This document shows, piece by piece, positions 1 to 8,566 of a DNA stretch of 64,000 nt (its first letter is position 1; the number at the start of each line of letters is the position of its first letter). The translations under genes and the position numbers were made by a program. The notes under the pieces were generated by a model. It was not told the origin of the DNA. It was given only the letters and a program-made list of their open reading frames with translations, and ran no database searches. The DNA comes from an uncultured Acidobacteriota bacterium (lineage in GTDB: Bacteria > Actinomycetota > Acidimicrobiia > Spongiisociales > ZC4RG35), in NCBI GenBank assembly GCA_963828465.1, contig CAWHEU010000026.1, positions 1 through 64,000 of the forward strand, in the 5' to 3' direction.

Positions 1-1246
1 TCTCGAGCACGGCCAGGACTGCCACCAGGGTCTCGATGTTGTTCACCGAGGTCGGCTTGCCAAACACCCCTTTCTCAGTGGGGAAGGGTGGCTTCTGCCT
101 CGGCTCACCTCGCTCGCCCTCGATCGAGGCGAACAAGGCAGTCTCCTCACCACAGATGTAGGCACCAGCCCCGCGTCTGACCTCGATGTCGAATTCGAAA
201 CCGCCCTCGGCAACATCGGCCCCGAGGAGACCTGCGTTTCTGGCCTGATCGATGGCGTGGACCAGACGACGCTCCGCCACCGGGTACTCGCCTCTGACGT
301 AGGCGAATCCCCTGGTGGCCCCGGTGGCGAACCCGGCGATAGTCATCGCCTCGATGACGGCGAATGGGTCGCCCTCCATCAGGATCCGGTCCTTGAAGGT
401 GCCCGGCTCCGATTCGTCGCCGTTGGCGATGACGTATTTCAGATCACCCTCGGCGTCGGCCACTCCACGCCACTTGATGCCGATGGGGAACGCTGCACCA
501 CCGCGACCCTTCAGACCCGATTCATCCAGGGCGGCGATCAGACCGTCCCTCCCCATTTCGATCGCCTTTGCCAAACCGGCATACCCGCCGCTGCTCTGAT
601 ACGAATCGATGCTCTCCGGGTCGACATGTCCGATCCGACGGAGAAGACGCAGCTCCTCTCGACCCTGGTGAATTAGACCTATGGGCAGCTCCTCGAAGGC
701 AAGACGGGTGAGCACGGCGGCGTCGGCAGGTGCCACATTGCGGTAGCCGGCACCGGCAGCGTGGATAAGGGCCGCCGGCGCCCGGTCGCATTGACCGAGA
801 CAGGGGCTCGGCGCCCAACTCATCTCGGGATCGGTGGCACCGGACGGGCCCAGCTCATGCTCGAGCGATCGCTTGATCTCGTCGGCTCCATAACGAGCGC
901 AGACGATGTCGTCGCAGACGTGGATCAGAGTCTGCGACCGTGACCCTGTGTTGATCAGGGCGTAGAACGTGGCAACCCCGTAGGCCTCGGCGGGGGGCAC
1001 CGTGAGTCTCTCGGAGATGTAACCCAGCGCTCCCTTGCTCACCGACCCCGCCGCGTCCTGCACCGCATGCAAGGCGGGAAGCAATAGGTTGCGTCGTTCC
1101 CGGGCGGCATGCCCTCCGTAGGCGACGTGGCCGTCGAGCCCGGTGAAATGACCGCCCTCCCACCCCGACTCCGGCGGGCCCAGCAGATCGTCGACGGCCG
1201 CTCGCTCGACGTCTGTCGGTCCTTCGAGCAGGGCGCGGATGTCCAT
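1..1246 (-). CDS. NuoE-NuoF fusion diaphorase subunit of NAD-dependent formate dehydrogenase (3' end beyond the window edge)
   Basis: Translated by hand from ATG 1246. N-terminal NuoE-like part: LLLPALHAVQ, YGVATFY, CDDIVC, CLGQC. NuoF motifs follow: GLKGRGGAAFP, NGDESEPGTFKDR, YVRGEYP, GAGAYICGEETAL, PTSVNNIET. Lies downstream of the FDH alpha gene. Confidence 0.92.
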   Translation of the reverse strand, partial: MDIRALLEGPTDVERAAVDDLLGPPESGWEGGHFTGLDGHVAYGGHAARERRNLLLPALHAVQDAAGSVSKGALGYISERLTVPPAEAYGVATFYALINTGSRSQTLIHVCDDIVCARYGADEIKRSLEHELGPSGATDPEMSWAPSPCLGQCDRAPAALIHAAGAGYRNVAPADAAVLTRLAFEELPIGLIHQGREELRLLRRIGHVDPESIDSYQSSGGYAGLAKAIEMGRDGLIAALDESGLKGRGGAAFPIGIKWRGVADAEGDLKYVIANGDESEPGTFKDRILMEGDPFAVIEAMTIAGFATGATRGFAYVRGEYPVAERRLVHAIDQARNAGLLGADVAEGGFEFDIEVRRGAGAYICGEETALFASIEGERGEPRQKPPFPTEKGVFGKPTSVNNIETLVAVLAVLE

Positions 1247-1371
1247 TAGTAGTGCTCTGGCCGGTGACGTTGATGATGCTCAGGGCGAGTCAGGGGCGGC
1301 GTTGGCAAGGACGCAGGACGAAGGCGCACCTGTCCGTTCGTCGAGGACGAGGACGCAGCCAGCGGCGTCAC
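1246..1371 (-). CDS. 41-aa ORF inside the hairpin element, coupled to both neighbours
   Basis: GTG 1371 overlaps the FDH stop (GTGA), and its TAA overlaps the next ATG (TAATG). Peptide: (M)TPLAASSSSTNGQVRLRPASLPTPPLTRPEHHQRHRPEHY. No family recognised. Confidence 0.35.
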   Translation of the reverse strand: MTPLAASSSSTNGQVRLRPASLPTPPLTRPEHHQRHRPEHY

Positions 1372-1412
1372 TGGCCGTCCTGAGCGCGCCGAACGTTGCC
1401 GGGCGGTGCACT
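1251..1412. repeat. ~162-bp imperfect inverted repeat (MITE/REP-like hairpin element)
   Basis: Arm 1251-1306 (AGTGCTCTGGCCGGTGACGTT...GCTCAGG...TTGGC) aligns with the reverse complement of 1358-1412 (AGTGCACCGCCCGGCAACGTT...GCTCAGG...CTGGC). There is an inner hairpin GACGAA...TTCGTC. Confidence 0.7.
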
Positions 1413-3286
1413 GGACACCAGCGTCTCGATTCGCACCGCCGTTGCCTTGAACTCGGCGGTGCCCGACTTGGGGTCCCAGGCGTCGATGGTGAGCTGGTTC
1501 ACATCGGTGTCGTCGGGGAAATGGACGGCCATGAAGGCCAGTCCGGGTCGGAGCGAGCGGTCGAGCCGGACCGGGGCCTCCAGATTGCCCCGTCGGGAGA
1601 CCACTCTCACCGTCTCACCCTCATGGACGCCTAATGCCTCCGCGTCCTCCGGGGAGAGGTCGAGCACGCCATGGATGCGCCGGGGAGAGGGGTAGCGGCC
1701 GCTCTGCACCCCCGTGTTGTACGAGTCGAGACGTCTGCCCGTGGTGAGACGCAGCGGGAACTCCTCGCTGAGGGCGTCGACCGGTGGCACCCAATCGACA
1801 ACCGAGAAGGGTGCTTTCGGCCCCGTCTCTTCCTCCCAAAGCCGACCATGGAGGAACAGCGTGCCGGGATGGTCCTCGGTCGGGCACGGCCATTGCAGCC
1901 CGCCCGACTCGTCGAGCCGCTCATAGGTCATACCGCCGTGCATCGGCGAGAGACTGCGCAACTCGTCCCACGCCTCCTCGGCCGTGGGCGTGGGCCAATC
2001 GTGGCCCATCGCCCGCGCCACCATGCTCATGAGCTCGAGGTCATCCCTGGCCTCGCCCGGCGGATCGATCGCCCTCCGCACCCGCTGCACTCTCCGCTCG
2101 CTCGAGGTGAATGTCCCCTCGACCTCACCCCACCCGGCGGCCGGCAGCACGACATCGGCTATCTCCGCCGTGGCCGTCAGGAAGAGGTCTTGAACCACCA
2201 TGAAATCGAGACCGGTCAGTCTCCGCTCCATTTGCTGGGCATCGGCTTCGGATTGCAGAGGGTTCTCGCCGATGACGTAGAGAGCACGGAGCTCGCCTTC
2301 ATCCATTGCCTCGTGCATGAGGCTGATGTGCTTGCCGGGCCTGTGCGGGATCGTGCATCCCCAGGCCGTCTCGAACTTCCCTCGCAGGTCCGGGTCGGCC
2401 ACCAGCTGGAATCCGGGGAGCCGATTGGGGAGGGCACCCATGTCGCCGCCGCCCTGGACGTTGTTCTGGCCGCGTATCGGGACCACCCCGACCCGTAGCG
2501 CCCGACATGTCCGCAGAGAAGGGCGAGATTGATCAGGGCAAGGACGTTGTCGGTGGCGTTGTGATGCTCTGTGATGCCCAGGGTCCAGCACACCTGGGCG
2601 GTGGGGGCGGTGGCGTACTCGTGGGCCAGTTGCTTGATCGCCTCGGCGGGGACACCGGTCACCTCCTGACCGTGTTGCAGTGTCCAGTGCTCCACCGACT
2701 CGACGTACTCGTCGAAACTCGACGTCGCGTGGGCGACGAAATGTTCGTGGTAGAGGTCCGATTTGATGATCTCCCACGCCAAGGTGTTGGAAAGTGCGAT
2801 GTCCGACCCGACGTCGATGCCGAGCCAGACGTCGGCCCATGCCGCCGAGGAGGTTCGTCTCGGGTCGACCGCGAACATCCTGGCGCCCTTGTTGATGGCC
2901 TTCAGTACGTGGTGGAAGAAGATCGGATGCGCTTCGCGCGCGTTCGACCCCCACAGGACGATGAGGTCTGTGTCTTCCATCTCTCGATAGGAGCTAGTGC
3001 CGCCACCAGCCCCGAACACAGTCGCCAGACCGGCGACAGAAGGGGCGTGTCAAGTGCGGTTGCAGCTATCGATGTTGTTGCTGGCCATGACCACACGGGC
3101 GAACTTCTGTGCCATGTAGTTCATCTCGTTGGTCCCCTTCGAGCAGCTGAACAACCCGAAGGCGTCACCCATGTGGGGAGAGAGCCCTGTGGCCACCCGC
3201 TCCATGGCCTCGTCCATGCTCGCCGGGCGCAGGGATCCGTTGTCCCGCACCAGCGGCTCGGTGAGACGTGCGTAGCTTCGCTTCAC
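1368..3286 (-). CDS. fdhF: Selenocysteine-containing formate dehydrogenase catalytic (Mo/W-bisPGD) subunit; one apparent 1-nt frameshift near 2487
   Basis: SD AAGGAGG precedes GTG 3286. NNIDSCNRT-UGA-HAPSVAGL continues in frame into WGSNAREAHP and WTLGITEH. After a missing G in a G run it continues RGQNNVQGGGDMGA, DLFLTATAEIADVVLP, GTFTSSERRVQ, LTTGRRL, SGTAEFKATAV. Confidence 0.92.
3009..3052 (-). other. Sec UGA codon (3050-3052) and bacterial SECIS hairpin
   Basis: Minus strand reads TGA CAC GCCCC TTCT GTCGCC GGTCT GGCGAC TGTGTTC GGGGC. This forms a stem-loop immediately 3' of the UGA, at the position of the active-site Cys/Sec. Confidence 0.88.
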
Positions 3287-3386
3287 AATCACCTCCTTTC
3301 CACCATCGACGGCGAGGGTACCCATCCACCGGTTCGGTTGAACGCCACTCACGATCTAGCGATTTGGCGCCGATAATCTGACTGTC

Positions 3387-4706
3387 GTGACCCGCCGTCT
3401 TGCCATGATCCTCGTGTGCGCCCTGATTCTCGGCGCCTGCACATCGACCACCGCCGACACAACCACCACGGCGCCATCGGCGACGTCCAGCGCACCTGAG
3501 GGCAGCACGACGACAGGTGGCGAGGCCCCCTCGACCACGACAACGCTTGCCGAGCCGACCTGGGAGGAGCTTCCCGGCATCGATGCTCTCCCTGCGGAAG
3601 TCCAGGACGAGCTGCTGGCGCTGGTCCGCACGACCGAAGAGATCCGCGGGCTTCGCTTCCAGGAGCCACCGACCATCGTGATCGTCACCGAGCAGGAGCT
3701 CGAGGACCGCGTTCGCACGCAGATCGAGGACGAATCCGAAGACTTCCCGGCAGACGAGGCCCTGTACAAGCTCCTCGGCCTGCTCGACGCCGAGGTCAAT
3801 CTCCAGTCTCTCCTCACCGAGCTCTATGGAGAGCAGGTCGCCGGCTATTACGACGGGGAAACCGGTGAGCTTGTTGTGCCGATGCGGGAGGAGGGGTTCA
3901 GCGTCGTCCAGCGGGGGACCATGATCCACGAGCTCACTCATGCATTGACCGATGATCAACTCGATTTCCACACGAGCTACACGGCGATGCTCGACGAGGA
4001 CCGTCTCGACGAGGCCTCGGCCTATCAGGCCCTCATCGAGGGTGACGCGAGCATGGCCGAGCTTCTCTACCTGCAGACTCTCACCCAGGAAGAGCTTGGC
4101 GAGTTCTTCTCCGAGGCCCTGGACGTGGACACCACAACGCTCGACTCCGCCCCTGCCTTCATCCAGGACTCGTTGATTTTCCCCTACGACTCGGGCCTGG
4201 CATGGGTGCAGGCCAACTACCTCCAGGACCAGTGGACGACGGTGAACGGGGCTTATGCCGAGATGCCCGGCCTTCCTGGATCGACTGAGCAGATCATCAC
4301 GCCAAGTGATTACGAGAGGGACCTCCCCAAGTCACTCGAGGCGACAGCGCCGTCGGTCCCCGGTTACGAGCTCGAGCGTGAGTCGGTATGGGGCGAATTC
4401 GGGTTCAGGATCATGATCGATCAGATCCTCGGGGAGGAAGTAGGCGTCGACGCGGCCGATGGTTGGGGAGGCGACTACTACGCACAGTGGTTCGATGGCC
4501 AGAACGCAGCTTTGCTCATCCTCTTCGAAGGCGACACAGATCGCGACACAGAAGAGTTGAGGGCAGCCTTGCTCGACTACGCCCTGACGGCGGTGGCGGA
4601 GGAGGACTACGCGTGGGTCGAGGTCCTCGATGATGGCCGGCTGGCATTCATTGCCGCCGACCAGCCCGAGGTGGGCGAGTCGATCCTCGCCTCGGTCAGC
4701 AGCTAG
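3387..4706 (+). CDS. Lipoprotein with zinc metallopeptidase (gluzincin-like) motif
   Basis: Signal peptide with lipobox LGAC, Ser/Thr-rich linker, HELTH (HExxH) and downstream LIEGDA. -10 TAATCT lies 7 nt before GTG. Confidence 0.8.
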   Translation: MTRRLAMILVCALILGACTSTTADTTTTAPSATSSAPEGSTTTGGEAPSTTTTLAEPTWEELPGIDALPAEVQDELLALVRTTEEIRGLRFQEPPTIVIVTEQELEDRVRTQIEDESEDFPADEALYKLLGLLDAEVNLQSLLTELYGEQVAGYYDGETGELVVPMREEGFSVVQRGTMIHELTHALTDDQLDFHTSYTAMLDEDRLDEASAYQALIEGDASMAELLYLQTLTQEELGEFFSEALDVDTTTLDSAPAFIQDSLIFPYDSGLAWVQANYLQDQWTTVNGAYAEMPGLPGSTEQIITPSDYERDLPKSLEATAPSVPGYELERESVWGEFGFRIMIDQILGEEVGVDAADGWGGDYYAQWFDGQNAALLILFEGDTDRDTEELRAALLDYALTAVAEEDYAWVEVLDDGRLAFIAADQPEVGESILASVSS

Positions 4707-4745
4707 GCCTTACTCCAGCTCCGACGATCACGTAGCGTCGTCCCT

Positions 4746-5063
4746 GTGCAGAGGGTCGCGCTTTCCGCCCCCGAATGGGCCACAACCGGCTACATGGCCC
4801 GAACTTTCTCCGATCGACTGCTCGGTGTTTGGCGTGCTCCGGCCGGCTCGGCCGTGGTCTTGCCGGTGACCAGTGTCCACAGTTTCGGCCGGCGCCAGCC
4901 CCTGGATCTGGTCGGGGTCGACGCCCGGATGAGGGTGGTGGCCACGATGACCCTGCCGCCCAATCGAGTCACGTTCATCCCTTCGGCCCACATGATCGTC
5001 GAGCTTCCGGCGGGTAGCCCGCTCCCAGAGGTGGGGGACCAGATCGAGATCACAGATGGCTGA
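4746..5063 (+). CDS. DUF192-like protein
   Basis: ARTFSDRLLG, SVHSFG, PLDLVGVD and IVELPAG fit the DUF192 pattern. Overlaps the rsmI start. Confidence 0.7.
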   Translation: MQRVALSAPEWATTGYMARTFSDRLLGVWRAPAGSAVVLPVTSVHSFGRRQPLDLVGVDARMRVVATMTLPPNRVTFIPSAHMIVELPAGSPLPEVGDQIEITDG

Positions 5064-5892
5064 CGGCGGCCGGCTATACGTTTGTGGAACCCCGATCGGA
5101 AATCTCGGCGATGTCTCTGATCGTCTCCGTGAGGTCCTCCAGACGGCGGATGTGGTCTACGCCGAGGACACCAGACGCACCGCCACCCTGCTCCGGCACG
5201 TCGGGGCGAACCCGTCGATGAGGTCTCTGTTCGTGGGCAACGAAAAGAGCAGGACAGCGGACCTGCTCGCTTCTCTCGATCAGGGGCTCGCGGTGGCGAT
5301 GGTCACTGATGCCGGAATGCCGACTGTGTCCGATCCGGGTTCCGATGTGATCCGACTGGCACGGCAAGCGGGTCATCTGGTGACAGTGGTGCCCGGGCCC
5401 TCCGCCGTCGTAGCCGCGGTGGCCTTGGCGGGCTTCGGGGGAGACCGCTTCGTGTTCGAGGGCTTTCTTCCACGAAAGGGCAAAGAGCGGTCAGAGCGTC
5501 TGAGTCGGATCGGTGGCGAGGACCGGCCTGTGATCCTGTTTGTCAGCCCCCATCGACTCCTGGCGGACCTGGAGTCCATCGCTGCGGTTACCGGTCCCGA
5601 ACGGGAGATCGTGATCACGCGGGAGATGACCAAGCTCCACGAGGAGGTTTGGTCCGGCCCGGTCGGGCAGGCAATCGAGGAGTGGTCGGACCGGGACGTG
5701 AAGGGTGAGGTGACCATGGTGATCGCTCCCGGTCCGCTCGAGGCGCCCTCCTTCGATGCGGCGTTAGTGGAGGCCCGGGGCCTCGTCGAGGGCGGTGCGG
5801 CTCCGTCGGAAGCCGCCAGACGGGTCACGACGGAGACCGGTGTATCGCGTCGTGAGATCTACGAAGTCTTGATCGGTGATCAACGGAGCTGA
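5056..5892 (+). CDS. rsmI: 16S rRNA (cytidine1402-2'-O)-methyltransferase
   Basis: GTPIGNLGD, AEDTR, DAGMPTVSDPG, PGPSA, FEGFLPRK, REMTKLHEE. Confidence 0.96.
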   Translation: MADGGRLYVCGTPIGNLGDVSDRLREVLQTADVVYAEDTRRTATLLRHVGANPSMRSLFVGNEKSRTADLLASLDQGLAVAMVTDAGMPTVSDPGSDVIRLARQAGHLVTVVPGPSAVVAAVALAGFGGDRFVFEGFLPRKGKERSERLSRIGGEDRPVILFVSPHRLLADLESIAAVTGPEREIVITREMTKLHEEVWSGPVGQAIEEWSDRDVKGEVTMVIAPGPLEAPSFDAALVEARGLVEGGAAPSEAARRVTTETGVSRREIYEVLIGDQRS

Positions 5893-6113
5893 GCGCGGCA
5901 GGTTGCGCAGATCCCCTTTTCTTTGAACTGGGTGACTTTGGTCTCCGACCCACAGAAAGTGCAGGTATCGGTGAGCTTGCGCAACACGATCGATCCGCCT
6001 TCGACCGCGATGAAGAGGTGGTCCCCTTCCCTGATGTTGAACAGCCTTCTCGTCTCGGCCGGGATCACGATGCGTCCCAGGTCGTCGATCTTTCGGGCGA
6101 TACCAGTTTCCAT
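5880..6113 (-). CDS. abrB: AbrB/MazE/SpoVT-family regulator with C-terminal Cys4 motif
   Basis: METGIARKIDDLGRIVIPAETRR is a typical AbrB N-domain. CTFCG...ICATC at the C-terminus. SD GAGGTG precedes ATG 6113. Confidence 0.88.
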   Translation of the reverse strand: METGIARKIDDLGRIVIPAETRRLFNIREGDHLFIAVEGGSIVLRKLTDTCTFCGSETKVTQFKEKGICATCRAQLR

Positions 6114-6182
6114 ATCCACCTCAGCTTCCCCGCGGCGAGCCTACCCGGGGGGTTCACACCGGTGCCCGGGTACCGTCCCGGC

Positions 6183-6929
6183 ATGCAATGGGTCGACACC
6201 CACTGTCACCTCCAGCTCGACGAACGCGACCCGGTGCTGCTCTTGGAGCGGGCCACCGAGGTCGACTGGATAGTGGTTCCCGGTGTCGATCTGGAGAGCT
6301 CCAAGGGGGCGGCGCGCCTTGCCGCAAAACATCCGGGTCGGGTGCTGGCGACCGCGGGGCTCCATCCACATGATGCGGCGAACTGGCGTGATCAAGCGGA
6401 CGGTTTGAGCGAGATTGCCCTGACCGCGGCGGCCATCGGGGAAACCGGTCTCGACTTCTACCGCGATCTATCGTCTCGGGCCGACCAGGCCAGGGCTTTT
6501 CGTCATCAAGCCCGGCTGGCCGTGGATCTGGGAAAACCGATCGTGGTGCACTGCCGCGATGCCTTCGCCAACGTGATCGAGATCCTCGAGGAAACCGGGT
6601 TGGGGGAGCAGACGGTCATGCACTGCTGGACGGGTGGTCCCAAGTGGACACGTCGTTATCTCGACCTGGGCGTGATGTTCTCATTTGCCGGTCCCGTTGC
6701 CTTCGAGACCGGCGAGACGGTGAGGTTGGGGGCGGCTCAGGTCCCGCCGGAGAGGGCGCTCGTGGAGACCGACACCCCGTACCTGGCGCCACCACCGCAC
6801 CGCGGCCAACCCAACGAGCCGGCCTGGGTGGCGCTGGTGGGCGCCGCTCTGGCCGGGGTGTGGGGAATGCAGGTCGAAGAGGTGGCGCGAGTGACCACCG
6901 CCAACGCGGCCAGAGTCTTCGGACGGTGA
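6183..6929 (+). CDS. tatD: TatD-family hydrolase/DNase
   Basis: VDTHCHL, GLHPH, IGETGLD, VHCRDA, HCWTG, VETDTPYLAP. ATG 6183 lies 6 nt after -10 TACCGT. Confidence 0.94.
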   Translation: MQWVDTHCHLQLDERDPVLLLERATEVDWIVVPGVDLESSKGAARLAAKHPGRVLATAGLHPHDAANWRDQADGLSEIALTAAAIGETGLDFYRDLSSRADQARAFRHQARLAVDLGKPIVVHCRDAFANVIEILEETGLGEQTVMHCWTGGPKWTRRYLDLGVMFSFAGPVAFETGETVRLGAAQVPPERALVETDTPYLAPPPHRGQPNEPAWVALVGAALAGVWGMQVEEVARVTTANAARVFGR

Positions 6930-7729
6930 CTGCCCAGACCAGGTCCGAGATCGCCGGCCTGCTCTCGCGTCATGGTCTGTCACCCTCGCGGCGGCTGGGC
7001 CAGCACTTCCTCGCCGATGCCAACATCACCCGGAAGATCGTGGGCGTCGCCGGAGTGAGCTCCGGGGAGCAGGTCGTAGAGATCGGCGCCGGAACGGGGA
7101 CTCTGACCAGGGCTCTCGCCGCCACGGGTGCTCACGTCGTCGCCTACGAGATCGATGCCGGGCTTCTTCCCGTGCTGGACGAGGTCACCCGGGATCTCTC
7201 CGTCGAGCTTCGCTTTCTCGACATAACCGACGCCGACCTCGCTGAAGAATTGAATGGTGGTCGCTGGGTGATGGTTGCCAATCTCCCATACAACGTGGGG
7301 ACGCCATTGGTCCTCGATGCCCTTCGTCGTGTCCCCCAGATCGAGCGCTTTGTGGTGATGGTGCAGAAGGAGGTGGCCGTGCGTCTCGTGTCCGGGCCGG
7401 GCAGCAAGCAGTACGGCCTGCCCTCGGTCGTGACCGGGATCCATGCCGTCGGCAGGCTGGCCTTCGCGGTTCCGGCCCAGGTGTTCTACCCGCCGCCACG
7501 GGTCGAGTCAGCGGTCGTGGTCCTTGATCGGGTTCCGGCGCCGGACGGTGCCGAGCGGGCGATCGAGATCGCGGCGGCCGGTTTCAACCAGAGACGCAAG
7601 ATGCTCCGCGGGGCGCTCGCGGGTGTGTTCGAGGACCCGGTGGCCATCCTCAGGCGTAGCGGGATCGACCCGACCTCCCGGGCCGAGGACCTCTCACCGG
7701 CCGACTACCTGGCGCTGGCTCGAGCGTGA
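6926..7729 (+). CDS. rsmA: 16S rRNA adenine dimethyltransferase (KsgA)
   Basis: LGQHFL, VEIGAGTGTLT, ANLPYNV, MVQKEVA, FNQRRKML. GTGA overlap with tatD. Confidence 0.96.
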   Translation: MTAQTRSEIAGLLSRHGLSPSRRLGQHFLADANITRKIVGVAGVSSGEQVVEIGAGTGTLTRALAATGAHVVAYEIDAGLLPVLDEVTRDLSVELRFLDITDADLAEELNGGRWVMVANLPYNVGTPLVLDALRRVPQIERFVVMVQKEVAVRLVSGPGSKQYGLPSVVTGIHAVGRLAFAVPAQVFYPPPRVESAVVVLDRVPAPDGAERAIEIAAAGFNQRRKMLRGALAGVFEDPVAILRRSGIDPTSRAEDLSPADYLALARA

Positions 7730-8566
7730 CCGTCTACGAGTCACCCGCCAAGCTCAATCTCGCCCTTCTCGTCGAGACGCCCCGGGCAGACGGGATGCAT
7801 CCCCTTCAGTCGCTGGTCCAGACAATCGACTGGCTCGATCTCCTCGAGGTCGAGGAGTCCGAGGAGGACAATCTCGTCATCGAAGGCGCCGATCTGGATC
7901 CGGAGGACAACCTCGTGAGCCGATCGTTGCAGGCGATGAGGGGGAGGGGCTTCGTCCCACCACTCGACGTCCGGCTCGACAAGCAAGTCCCGGTGGGAGC
8001 CGGGCTCGGCGGGGGAAGCTCCAATGCCGCCGCCACGCTGCTAGCCGCTGCCGATATCGGAAAGGTCCCGCGTTCCGTGGCGGAGGAGGTCGCCCCGACA
8101 ATCGGTGCCGATGTCCCCCTGTTTCTCACCGGTGGCACGCTGCTGATGACCGGGATCGGTGATCGGGTCGAGTCTCTACAGCCACTGACCGGATTCGCCG
8201 TGGCCGTGGCAGTGCCGCCGGTCGAGATGTCCAGCGCCGAGGTCTACCAGCGATGGGACGACATGGAAGGCCCCGAAGGCGAGACGATCCCTCCGCGTCT
8301 TCTGCCGCCAGGCCTGCGTGATGGGATCCCGGTCCGAAACGATCTCATCCCGGCCGCTTTCGACCTGGAACCGTCACTGGCCGACTTCATGGCGGATCTC
8401 AGGATCCGGTGGGGTGGACCGGTGCTCATGACCGGCTCCGGGTCCGGCTGTTTCGGGTTCTTTCCCGACCCGGACGAGGCAGCCGATGCCGCCAGCTCGG
8501 TCGAGGATCTGACTCCGTGCTGCGGTTGGGGCACGTCTGCGGTCCCGTGGGGTGGTGTCGCGCTAA
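7726..8566 (+). CDS. ispE: 4-diphosphocytidyl-2-C-methyl-D-erythritol kinase (probable +1 error near 8515; as written the ORF runs to 9045)
   Basis: PAKLNLAL, VPVGAGLGGGSSNAA, IGADVP, NDL, MTGSGSGCF. Removing one C at 8515 gives ...LTRAAVGARLRSRGVVSR* ending at 8566, abutting the convergent gene. Confidence 0.9.

Noticed and set aside
3050-3052. UGA as a nonsense mutation (FDH pseudogene)
   Set aside because: It lies exactly at the catalytic Cys/Sec position, the reading frame continues, and a SECIS-like hairpin follows.
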